Source: Octopus vulgaris (taxonomy: Eukaryota). From it: DNA of 64,000 bases. A program made the translations under genes and the position numbers. The stretch lies in NCBI GenBank assembly GCA_951406725.2, contig OX597827.1:80104001-80168000 (forward strand), given 5' to 3'. Below, piece after piece: positions 11,493-24,040 of the stretch; position 1 is the first letter of the stretch; each line of letters begins with the position of its first letter. Below the pieces are notes generated by a model. The model did not search any database and was not told where the DNA came from. It saw only the letters and a list, made by a program, of their open reading frames with translations.

Positions 11493-12353
11493 ACAGTAGT
11501 GAAACTTGGGCCATGAATGCTGAGGAGATGCGTATGATTGAAAGAAATGAAGCTAGTATGGTCCGCTGGATGTGTAATGTCAGTATGCATACACAACAGA
11601 GTGTGAGCACCCTGAGAGAAAAGTTGGACATAAGAAGCATCAGATGTGGTGTGCAAGAGAGACAACTGCACTGGTATGGTCATGTGTTGTGTATGGATGA
11701 GGACAGCCGTGTGAGGAAGTGTCACACCATAACTGTGGAAGAAACCTGTGAAAGAGGTAGACCCAGGAAGACATGGGATGAGGTGGTGGAGCATGTCCTT
11801 CAAACATTGGGCCTCACAGAGGCAATGACAGGAGATCAAGACCTTTGGAGATATGATGTAATTAAGAAGAGCAGGCAACTTATGTGAGATCGCAGCCAGG
11901 GCCGATGCCAGTGTTGCATGTCTGGCCCATTTAAGAGTACCCTTGATGCGTTGGGTGGTAGGATATCCTTGGGAAGACCTGTTAAGCCAAATAAGACCAA
12001 AATCGTAGCTGTCGCCAATGCCCCCTGACTACCTCCCATGCTGGTGACTTGTAAAAAGCAACATCTGAATGCGGTTGATGCCAGGTCTGCCTGTGTAGCT
12101 CCCAACCCAGTGGTACATAAAAAGCACCATCCGAATGTGATCAATGCCAGGTCCACCTGACTGGCTCCTGTGTTGGTGGCAGGTAAAAAGCACCCACTAC
12201 ACTCTCAGAGTGGCTGGCATTAGGAAGAGCATCTAGCTGTAGAAACCTTGCCAGATCAGATTGGAGCCTGGTGCAGCAGCTGGCTGTCCAGACCTCAGTT
12301 AACCATCCAACCTATACCAGCTTGGAAAACAGACGTTAAACGATGATGATGAT
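11493..12353 (+). mobile_element. 5'-truncated RTE-clade LINE fragment
   Basis: ORF 11513-11887 has RTE C-terminal motifs (SETW, RQLHWYGHV, RGRPRKTW, LWR); 3' tail ends in (GAT)n. Confidence 0.85.
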
Positions 12354-12805
12354 AATTTGCATGTTTTGAATTCTATTTATTCTGCTTCTTCTACAAAGTT
12401 TAAAAAGACAATATAAAACAGCATCTCACAAAGCAGAATACATTTTCAAACATTTGTTGACATTGGAAGAAAATTACAAATTTGCTGACCACTCAACAAC
12501 CTGTAATCAATACTGACAAGAGTAATAAACAACATAAAGAATTGTTCCTTAATTCAACCTGGTGTAAATGGATATCAAGATTAATATATTTGTTGTGTCA
12601 CTATAGAAAGGAGAGAACGAAAATGACTACATATTAGATGAAAATTTTCTTAACTCTCACAATAAGTTCTAATCCTGCCCTGAATGTGGTGAAGCTGAAG
12701 CCATCCAAGTTTATATTTCCCACTTAGATGTTTCCTCCACTTTAGATTTCAGTGGATATGGGTATTTCTGAAGAGAAAAAATTGGTCAAATAAATGTTAT
12801 CCTAC

Positions 12806-12959
12806 CTGACATTGCTGGTATTTCTTCATACTGTCTGCTTGACCGCTCACTCCAGCACTGTCCAGTGCTCTTACGACTGGTCAATGTGTCAGTGGGATAG
12901 TGAGAAGATGGTCTGTTGTCTCCATACGATGTCACCTCAATCGGTTGACTGTACTTCTG
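12806..12959 (-). CDS. Pcdh2 exon E3 (154 nt)
   Basis: Same acceptor, donor and open frame as 3015-3168. Confidence 0.88.
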
Positions 12960-13727
12960 CTGTAAAATGCAATAGTATCAATATATAATGTACAGATAAC
13001 AGTGTAATATTTAGTAATAATGAAATTTACAGGTTTCTTCGGAAGTATAAACAATTTTGTCCAATATTTATGATAATGTAATATTGACAAAATTTTATAT
13101 CTATAGAAAAATCAGTTCAATTTCTTCCATTGATAGTTAAGATTTTTTAATCCTTACTGGCAAGGAGTAGGAGTAATGCCATTCTTCCACTGACAAAATA
13201 CTAAAACCATCACTTTTTACCTCATTATGTTTCCTCATTTCCTATAAGACAAATTAGCCAAAGTCACAAACAACTGTGAACAATACTTTTATAATTGGTT
13301 CTACAGTCTCTCTTAGAGACTTCTTTCTGAAAGGATAATGCAAATTTAGAATGTGTGGATGAACAGAGTAATGTATGATTTGGCAGCCTTAATCTCCAGA
13401 ATAACAGCCTACAAAGATATTTGAGTTGTTGTAACTAAGAGGCTTCCACAATGTCAGATTTTCATTTGTCATAAATTTCTTATAACATACAGACGGTTGT
13501 AATCATAACAAAAGTTAATAATTAAATAAATATAAAGCAAAATTCCTCACTATATCGGAATGGCATTTTCTGATTCATACATAATATATATTTCGAACAT
13601 TTTGAAGCTAAACAGTATGTATATTAGATCAAATTAACTGTAATGTCAAATATAAAATGTGTGATTAAGAAATTATTCTTAATCACACATTATTTACTAA
13701 GAGAATGTTTATTCAAGTAAGGCTTAC

Positions 13728-16085
13728 CTTTGTAGACTTTTGAAGACTTCTGCTCATGGTCGATGTCTTCCAGTCTTCAGGATAGTAATGGCTCCTTGAA
13801 TGACCATATCTGTCTGACATCTCTCCTCGATTACCTGACATCACAGGTACACTGTTGTTACCTTGATAGATCAACTGTCTCATCTCATTGCGACATTGGT
13901 ATGCCTGTTTCTCTTCTGCAGTTCTTTCAGATGAGCTATTTCTCACATTGTTACATCTCACAATACACAGGGTTATAGAAACCACAATAGCTATAGATAC
14001 TATCACAGCTGCTACTACAATGATAATCAACAATGTCGCATCTATTGTGTTATCACTTGGTAGGTGCACAGCTGTGAACATTGGTGACGTCTTGTTACTA
14101 ACAGTCAGTGTCAAAGACACACTAGTTGTTGCCGACAGAACTGGAGTACCACTGTCTTTCACAACAAACTCAAGCTCATATGATCCGGCATCATTTTGGT
14201 AAACTGTGCGAGAGTAAGATAACACACCAGTGAACGAATCCAGTTTAAATAACTGTCTCTCGTTACCTGAAACGATTTCGTACCTGAGAAAAGCATTCAT
14301 GTGACTGTCTATATCAGATGCTTTCAGAACTGTGATGTCGTTCTTACTTTGCGGATGATAGTGGACATTAAGAGTGAAAGGGTCAACACTAGGAAATGTA
14401 AAATATGGAGCATTATCATTTCTATCCAATACTTCCACTTCAACATTCACTGTGTTATTCAGAGATGGGCTTCCATTGTCTTTCACAAAAACCTCAAACT
14501 CATAGAAATCTCTGTGTTCTCTGTCTAAAGACTGGTTTGTTGAAATAAAGCCAGAGTTGATAATCTGGAATGGCAGACGATATTGCTGTTTATTTCTCAG
14601 AGAATAAGACAATTCACCTCCCTTACCAATATCTGGGTCTGTAGCATTGATAAAGCCAATAGGGAAATTAGCTTTGTCATTCTCATAGGTAAGGAACTTG
14701 AATGTGTCTTTCGTAAAGTGTGGTTCTACATCATTCACATCCAACACTTGGATTGACAGATCTTTATCAGTTTTCAGAGCAGGTAATCCTTTATCTTCAC
14801 ACGACACAGTAAAGTGATAATGTTCCTGTGTCTCTCTGTCTACTGCTTTCTTTAGAACTATTTTATATTCCTTCGATCCCATTGACTGTAGTTTGAATGT
14901 GTCGTCTTTGATATGACAGTTCACCTGTCCATTGTGTCCAACATCATTGTCAGTGACCATCACATAAGCAATGAAACTACCAACTTTGATGTCTTCCAGA
15001 ATGGTGGCTGTGTTGTGATTCTGTGTAGAAATAAAGTTCACATCAATATTTGGAGGATTGTTGTGTTCATTGATGACATTTACCATAACAGTGGCTATGG
15101 AACTCAAAGGAGGACTGCCATCATCTCTGGCTTCGATGTATAATTTAAAAGACTCTTCTTTATCAATTTTTGAAGATGTAGCTAAATATAATTTTCCAGT
15201 CCTTTCATGTAAATTAAAGTTTCTCTTCATTTTCTCAGTAGTTTTCCTAGCAAAGTAATATGATATTTTACCATTCCTGCCAATATCTAAGTCATTGGCA
15301 GATAATGTGACTACTGGAATGTTCTTTTTATGTTTATGTTCTATAGAGACATTGTAGATACTCTGAGAAAATTGTGGTCTGTTGTCATTTTCATCTTCTA
15401 CAGATATTTTCACATTCAAAACAGATTTTTTTGGTGGAGTTCCCCCATCTTTAGCAATGACTTCAATATTGTAATTGTCTTTCTTTTCTCTGTCCAATTT
15501 CTCTTCTAAAATAATTTCTAATGTTGATATTTCATCTGTTTGTTTTGAAACTGATAATGAAAAATGTCCATTATCCTTTTTTAATTCATATGTTACCAAG
15601 CTGTTCTTATGACCCATATCATTATCCACAGCATTGGGTATTGATAGTTTTGCTCCTTTACCATCTCTCTCTGAAAACTGAATGTTGACTTCTTCAGTTG
15701 GAAACTCAGGTTGGTGGTCATTGATGTCTTCTATTATGACTTTAATCTTTAAGATCTTCATAAATGTCTTGGATTTGTGAACAGCAACTTTAACGATTTC
15801 AAAACATTCTTTCTCATAACTACACACAGACTCAGCATCCAATGTCTCAACAGTGTACAGTTTACCTGTTTTAGTCACATTGAACAACTGTTCTCCCTTT
15901 TGTTGCAGTTGACTAAATGTAATTAAATCCTTATTCTTTAAGAAGGAGCTGTCTGTTTTCTGTAAGTCAGTAGCAATGTCCCCTACATAGGTATGAGGAA
16001 TATTCTCTTCTTTAACGTGATATGTAATATCTTCACTTGCATAACAGTGGAAGAAAGTCAGTAAAACACACAGGTGTAACAACAT
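13728..16085 (-). CDS. Protocadherin Pcdh2 large exon E2 (786 codons)
   Basis: Six cadherin repeats plus TM; donor AAG|gtaagc; acceptor ctctttcag| places the exon start at 16141. Confidence 0.95.
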
Positions 16086-16824
16086 CTCTGGTCCTGATGT
16101 TAATGCAGTATCCAGAAAAAAGATGACTTGAAAAATTTGGTCTGAAAGAGAAAATATTTTGTTTCAATGAGCAATTTTGACTAGTTTCGGTTTATTTCAA
16201 TGCATGAATATTTCTTAAACAAATTAAGTGACTAGCAATCATATGTAATTATAATCTTTTCTAGCGCTTATAAAACTACCAGTTTTCCATAAAATCCTCA
16301 AAGATGATTTTATGTCATTTTATTCAACACACACAGTTTAATAAGAAATCTATTTGCATAAATATTCTTTTAAATTTATAACTCCCTTGTGATTCACTAA
16401 TTTCTTTCCAATTTATCATCTTAATCTTTCACACATTATATTTATTATGTGTCCACTAACCCAGGTAATATATTTTATATAATTACCCTCACTAATACTC
16501 AATAATTGCATTCAGATCCTATCCATTATACCCTTTATCTAAAATGTAATATATTTTAGAAGCTGTCATAGTGACATAACTATCACAACAACATTGTATT
16601 TAATTTCAATGTGAAATGCTCATTTTGATTATATACACAAATAATGGAAAGAATAGAAAACAACGGATTTTAATAACAATTCAGAAATTTCATGTTTTGT
16701 TCTCCAGCTGTTTCCATGACCCATATGATAACATAATCAATTATATAATGATTATCTAATTATTTGTACATATTAAATTAACTTGATTCAATGTTATGTG
16801 ATAGACATTTCATTTACACTTATT

Positions 16825-17032
16825 CTTTTCACCTCAAGGTACAAGGTCTGAAATTTTGGGGGAGGGGGCCAGTCGATTTGATCGACCACCAGTAAGTAGC
16901 TGGTACTTATTTTATCGACCCCGAAAGGATGAGGGCAAAGGTGACCTCAGCGGAATTTGAACTCAGAACGTAAAGACAGATGAAAGACTGCTAAGCATTT
17001 CGCTTGGCATGCTAATGTTTCTGCCAGCTCAC
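16825..17032 (-). mobile_element. tRNA-derived SINE (octopus-type)
   Basis: Minus strand reads gagctggcagaaacattagc...gagttcaaattccgctgaggtcacctttgccctcatcctttcggggtcgataaaataagtaccag (A/B boxes plus core); paralogous copy at 35421-35622. Confidence 0.75.
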
Positions 17033-17419
17033 TTCTACAATTGTTCACTCTATTATATGTAACATTCAATGAACAACAGGTTCCTCTGGAAACTGGTTTC
17101 CAACTACGTCTCCTAATAGTTTCCTGCATTTATGGTGATAATGAGAGTGGGAAAGAGACATCTGTGAGACTCGAGGGGAAGAAATACTGGAACGTATTTC
17201 GTTTTTAAAGTACTTTATAATTAGTTTTAATTTCTTTTGCCAATTTGATAATATATTGGAGCAAACGATCTACACATATATATATATACATACAGAACCA
17301 ATGTAAAAATCTACATTACACACATACATACACTTACAAAATATACATCTACTGAATAAGTTCTAATGAAATGTCTTCCACATCATATTGATACGTAACA
17401 AAGTTTCACAGTAATATTT

Positions 17420-18530
17420 TTGTTCAGTATGAAACCTGGAGTGAATAACATTGAATTGTTCTATGATTTGGTTCTCTGATGAAGAAAAAGTCTTCTTGGC
17501 CCACCACATCAACATGCAATATACAACTGACCACAAAAGAAATGTGGATTTGTAGAAACCCAAAAGACTGTCCTTGAGACTTGATGATGACCACAAAAAC
17601 ATGTGTCACTGGAAAACTGCATGAGAACTTCTGGTCAGATGAAAGAAATGAGTGGAATGAAAGCATCTCTTCCCCTGACAAAACCAGTCATAATGGTGGC
17701 TTTCATTACATGAAGCATAAAAGAGTTGTCAGCAACTCTTGTATAGTAATAGTGATGCAGTGCATCTAAATATCCTTGCAACATTCCTGCATTCATTTCG
17801 GGATTGTAAGGGGAGACCACAATGGAATAAAGAGAATTGAGTGATTCTGTTGGATAACTACCAACAATGCTAACATCAACTACAGTGAGAACAGATTTTG
17901 ACAGATACCTGCTGTATGACAATAGCATTGATCTCCCGCAGAGTGTCACTTTAGTAGCTAGGATGGCATGTTCGGAAAGCCAGTCATGGTTTCTATAATT
18001 CTGTGGGAATCTAGAATAAATATTCAGTAGTATGTCTCGAGATGTATTCACAACTGTTTCATAATATTTATTGGCATTTTGACATCTCCATTTACAGTGT
18101 CAAATGGTAACTGACCATTGCCCCCAGCTGAAGGAAAACCTTGGAACACTGGGTTACTTGGACATCTCTATTAAGTGCAACTCCCAAGTTGGTAGAAAGA
18201 AGAAGTCTATTAATCTCTTCTCATATCACAGGATGCCTTCAGACATGCTTTCAACTTATCAGCAGGTGTCCTCTTTACAATCAGAATTGGACTCAAATCA
18301 CTAGACAGCATGACTGTAGCGAGGCAAATGATGTTGGTGTTATGTCTGACAATTAGTCAGGTGCAAAAGAGAACCACAACAGCAACAACATGAGACATTG
18401 TGCACTCATACTGTTCAGCCTGGTCTGCTTCAAAACATTTCAATTCATTGTCAATATTAAATAGAAGACTGCCATTGTGTGCCTCGTTGACTGGCAGCTG
18501 AAAAGCAGCTTAATAACCAAGAAAGATTCC
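17420..18530 (-). mobile_element. Degenerate Helitron Pif1-like helicase remnant
   Basis: Frameshifted fragments in expected order: AAFQLPVN, ECTMSH (Walker B region), KGTPADKLKACLKAS, NYRNHDWLSEHAILATK, YPTESLNSL, IIKSQGQS; recognised from known Helitron helicase motifs. Confidence 0.8.
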
Positions 18531-19331
18531 CAAAATTATTATGAATTACTTAATCGCTATTAAAATCTATCACAAGAGGAAAGCTTTTAACTCTCAGATA
18601 TTAATGGCTTAGTCCCAAATATATCTTAAACACAGATATATTAGGCTTTAAAGATGCTTTTAAAGGGAAAACCAGTTAGTTAACAGACATAATATATTCA
18701 AGATGGATGGTGTTTGTAAATTATGTTTTAAATCAGAATGTACATAAGAGGGAGCATCTGTGAAGTTCAAGACAAACAAATACTGCAGGGTGTTTCTGTT
18801 TTAAAGAATTTACTTATCAGTTTTCTTGCAAATTTTTAAATCTTTTGCTTTTGCTACCACTTATAGACAAACAAATATGAAACGAGAAACCTCTAAAAAA
18901 ATGTATCCATTTTTGTGGAAAACATAATTATTTCTAGCATTTATATTCTGAAATGTGAAGTTTATTTAAGTAATTGTTGAATAAACTTCACTGACCAAAC
19001 ACTAAATGATTTATTTGAAACACATTACAAAACAGACACCATTCAAACAGGAATTATTTGTAAGGAAATCAGAAATAAAAGAACTGCCATAAAATATATC
19101 CAGAATTCTCAACAAAGTTTTAAAATATCCAGTTTGGGGAAATTATTCAAATTATATTCTGTACAAGCTTTCAATTTCTTTAATTATCAATAAATACAAA
19201 AGACAAACGAAGCCTCAACCAGATCTAATATGGCCACCATTACAATATAACATTTTGGTGTCAGAATACAGTTATAAATAAAATCATTATTTCACATAAT
19301 TTGAATAAATAATATGGAATAACAAACTTAC

Positions 19332-19818
19332 CTTCATTGTGTAAAATCCTTTGTTGTATAAACTGTGACTTGGTCCCAATGTTCTGTTGTTAATGGTTGT
19401 CTGTGTCACTGCTGCTATGGTGTGACAATGGCTTCATGTTGATGGAATAGCGTTGGTGGTGAGTCAGTGGGAACCAGCAGTTCCCTCTCAGTCTTCCTTT
19501 GTGGATGTGTGGTGTTTAGTGTGTGTGTGTGTGTGAGTGTGTGAAAGGGAGGAGGAGGAGTAGGATGGGTGATGCTTACTACAGCCTCTCTCAGACTAGA
19601 TGTTGCCTCTCACACACAAAGACAGAGTAGTGAGAGAACACACACTATCTGCTCCACTAACAGTCAGCCATGATAAGTCTATATAACACCAACATGTCTG
19701 ATGTGGAGAGAGACTGACATAGAAATCCTTAGAACAGAGAGGTTATATTAACAAAATATGGCTGATGTTGTTAACGTGTGTGTAATTTAAAATGTAAATA
19801 CAATATTGACAATAACAG
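19332..19818 (-). promoter_or_regulatory. Conserved leader exon E1 / putative promoter block of Pcdh2
   Basis: Near-identical to 9841-10328; donor AAG|gtaagt at 19332. Confidence 0.7.
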
Positions 19819-20272
19819 TTTGTGAGTGTCTGACCTAATTCAAATCTAAGTCTCATATAAGGATATCTATGGGAAATTTAAAGAGATATATCAACTTATT
19901 ACAATATATCCTCTGAAATATTAATTACTTATCATTTATTTATTTTTTCGTTATAATTAAAATCTCATTTTCAAGCATAAATTGAATTTCCCAGGCATAA
20001 TATCTACTTCTGCACAATATTTCACTTAAAGTTTGTTCACTTAACTATGCAATGTTATCAATGGATTCTTCATATCTGAAGCTGTTAGTTTCTTGTTCAT
20101 CTGGAGTAATATTCCCAAGATATACACAAAATATATTCTCTCAAACATATTCGAAGATATTCAGTCATATGTGGGCAATATCATTATCTAACTAAAATAT
20201 TTCTGTTGTTTTAAATGTTGTGTGAATGTTGAAGGTGATATTATTTCTGTTGTGTTCCTTTCTCAGTCTCAC

Positions 20273-20394
20273 TTAACTGACAACAACATCTGGTGTTGAA
20301 GGTAACTGTCTCTCTGGAGGTTTCACATATCTGTCTTGGTAATGGTCTCTCTCACTGGTGCCTGATACATCAGGTGGGGCACCACCATAGATTC
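20273..20394 (-). CDS. Pcdh3 terminal exon E4
   Basis: Acceptor tttcag|GA, 122 coding nt ending in TAA. Confidence 0.85.
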
Positions 20395-21336
20395 CTGAAA
20401 TACATACATATATACATCAAGTAAACTCATTACACAGTTCATACGGTCAATGGGTATTTACTGTCGTTAGTAATCAATGTTTTGTCCACAACATTCAATG
20501 GACTAAAATGAAGAACAACATCAATAATTAAAGATGTCACATTGAAATCATGTCTCAGTATCCTACAACATCACAGAACATTACAAACCCCAATCATACG
20601 ATTATTATTAAGATAATGCCTTAGACTGGAATGGTTAAATAAAAATCAGTCTATAGTGAGCAGTCCCTTGGTTTACATATTGTTCAACTTTCCTACCATG
20701 GTAACAATAATGGGTTGTCGTTAAGACTAAATGCACTCTCACATGTGCTATATGTTTACTTACTGACCCAAAACTAATTAAGGTTTCATTCAACTACCAT
20801 TAAATTACATAAGTTATAAGTCAATAGACACATTTCTTTTTTTCTTTATATCAGCAGATGTTTCAATGTGATCCAGAAGATAAGGATTTTGTGTATGACA
20901 CTTGATAAGTAAATGTTTTGAATTCTATTTATTCTCTTTCTTCTACCAAGCTTAAAAAGTCAATATGAAACTGTCTCATAAAACAGAATGGTATATGTTT
21001 CGAAACAGCTGTTAATGTTGGTAAGGAAAAGACAAATTTTGTAGGCTTAGTTTAGCCATAGCTCGACAAACTGACCATTCAACAATCTGTAATCAAATAT
21101 GAACAGCCATAACCAAGATGAATAACCCTTCCTTAATCTGGTCAGCTGTAAACAGGTATCAGATTGAGATTAAGTGCCACTACATAAAGTAAGGAACTAA
21201 AATGGATGCCTATTTGATGAATATTCTCTTAGTTGTCACAGTAAGTTCTAATCCTCCCATGATTCTGGTGAAGATGAAGCTACTCAAGTTTACATTTCCC
21301 AGGTAGATATTTCTTCTTCGTGTGAATATGAATATT

Positions 21337-22340
21337 TATAATAATAATAATGAAATTATTGTGTATAGTGTTCAGGTACACTGCAACTCATCAAAGGTAC
21401 ATGTACATCACATAGAATTATGTACAAAAATCAGAGAAGTGAAAAGTGTAAGAGTCGTGATATACGTGTGTGCATGCATATGGAGTGGGGATATCAGGTG
21501 TAGTGCTGGTGAATTTCAGGAAGCATGGAGGTTTTAAAGGATGCAATGTCTCAGCAACTAACATATGATGCAGGTAGTTTGTTCCATGCTTCAGCAATTC
21601 TAAGTGTGAAAAAATGCTTCCAAAAGTCATGGGAGCTGTGCTGTTTTCTGACTTTGTAGACATGACATAACCACATGGAGCTCAAAAAGGTGCTCAAGGT
21701 GGTGGTTGGCACTATGGTTAATAATTTTGTGGGTGTTTACCAAGTCAGTTGCCAGACGTCAGAGCTTCAATGTATCCATGCCCAGGAAAGCAAGGCATTC
21801 AGAGTATGGTAGAAGCCTGATGGAAGGTATTTGCTTGGTTGTACATCTCTAAACAGTTTCCAGTCGGTCAGTGTCCTGAGCAAGATAGGGGTTCCAGACT
21901 AGTGATGCAAATTCCAAATGGGGCCACACCATAGCTATATACAGCTTAAAATAGATAGGTGGAGAGCAGCTGAAAAAGGTCTTGCTGAATGACGTCAAGA
22001 AACACTCGGCCTCCTTGACTATTTTGTTTTGTCCAGTGCAAATAGCTGCTGACAGTAATGCCCAGATCAGATTCACAAGAAGACTTCTTCAAATTAGTAT
22101 TGTGGAGAGGGTATAAGGATGCTGGGTTTTTCCTCCCAAAATGCAAGGTGGACACTTGTCCACAGCCAGTTTGAGTTGCTAGTTCATAATCCATTGCTGC
22201 ATTGTGTCCTTGTCTGATTGCAGAAAAGATCTATAGTGCTCAGAATCTGTCCTTTTTATCTCTGGTATCATTTAAGTTGGCATCTATGTTATAAATCTAT
22301 GCAACAAAAAGGGGACCAAGAACAGATCCTTACAGTACAG
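21337..22340 (-). mobile_element. Decayed 5'-truncated CR1-type LINE
   Basis: Reverse-complement homologue of roughly 36855-37837 (PHLEFASLVWNPYLAQD, (ATT)n tail); many indels. Confidence 0.8.
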
Positions 22341-22366
22341 GAAATGGCAAATCATTTTTATCCTAC

Positions 22367-22520
22367 CTGACATTGCTGGTATTTCTTCATACTGTCTGCT
22401 TGACCGCTCACTCCAGCACTGTCCACTGCTCTTACGACTGGTCAGTGTGTCAGTGGGATAGTGAGAAGATGGTCTGTTGTCTCCATAAGATGTCACCTCA
22501 ATGGGTTGACTGTATTTCTG
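22367..22520 (-). CDS. Pcdh3 exon E3 (154 nt)
   Basis: Conserved splice sites and frame. Confidence 0.88.
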
Positions 22521-23044
22521 CTGTAAAATATAATAGTAACAAGACATACTATAAACATAACATTCATGATTGACACTAAAATATGTAATAATAATAAAAT
22601 TTACTGGTTTTTGGTGGTATTAATAGTTTTGTTTTATATTTATGATCAGGTATTTTATGTGTACTTAATCAGTTAAATATTTTATATGTATTTAATTAGG
22701 TAAATTTCTGAAATCTGTTATTAAGATTTGTTAATTCTTCACTGGGAAAGTGCAAAGGACTACCATTCTACAACAGACAAAACAATAAAAACCACTTAAA
22801 CTTCATTACTTTCCATCATATTCTATTTGATATATATATGATTTGGCAGCCAGAAGCACAGCCTACAAAGATATTTGAATTGTTGTAACTTAGAAGTTTC
22901 CACAAAATCAGATGCAATCCTATTGACAAATATTAAAAATGACAGACTGTAAAGTATACAAAGATGTCTAATTATCCTGGTAAATGTCTTCTCAGATTTT
23001 CAGTTGCCATAAAATATTTTATGACAAACAGAAAACTAATCAAA

Positions 23045-23825
23045 ACTAGAAAAGCACTCGGAGAGCACAAACCTCTGCCAAGCAGCTCATTTCCACCCAT
23101 AGACACGCATGCTGAAAATCGCTCAATTTCTCAAACCAACGGCAGCAAAAACATAACCTCCTTGGCAGGGGTAAAGAAAAAGATAACACAGCCAAATGAT
23201 TTTAAGAAAAAAAACCCTTTAAAAACAGGAATCATCTGAAGCAGTTCACATCAGCATCAGCATCATTGTCACTGCTTCCACTTCAACCACAGACATCGCC
23301 ATCAATGTTATCATGACGGTTACCTTGACAGTCACTTTCACCACCACAACCAGTATAACCACTGCAATACCGCCACCATCACACAACTAACACTATCATC
23401 AACACCACTATTACCACCATCACCTCAGCATCACACATGACACCACTCTTGTCGCCATTATAACCACCAATACTATTTTATCCTCCCCCCATACTTATCT
23501 CAACCATCGTCATCATCAACACTGTCTCTAAACAGCAACGCCACCATAGGTTACGTGGAAACGATGCGTTTTCAAGGGAGATAAGCAAGGAACGTAACAT
23601 TGTAATACTTCATGTAAAGTAAATATAACAAATGAAAAATCCTTCAAGAATCCACAAAATTCCTGGATCACTACCAAAATTTAATCATCTGTTCCTTGCG
23701 TCATTACCTACTTTTCCTGCAAGTTTCATCAAATTCAGTTCACAACTTTTTGAGTTATTTTGCACACAGATGGACAAACCGGCGACAATGAAAATATAAC
23801 CTCCTTCCTTGGCAGAGATAATAAA
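23045..23825. mobile_element. Non-autonomous insertion, possibly Helentron/DINE-1-like
   Basis: Absent from the homologous Pcdh5 intron; subterminal inverted motif acctctgccaag ... cttggcagag, internal CAC/CAT-rich low complexity; related element at 48626-48972. Family assignment is inference. Confidence 0.5.
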
Positions 23826-24040
23826 GACATAAAACTAACAAATGAATAAATAAATATTCAAAATCATATCAGGAATGGAATTTCCTGAACAATATATAAT
23901 ATATATTTTGAACATTCTGAAGATAAACAATACTTTAAAATATGACAAGTGATATGTAATGTCAAAAATAAAACATTTTGCTAAATAATTCTTAATTACA
24001 CATAATTTACTAAGAGATTTTAAACTGAAGTAAAGCTTAC

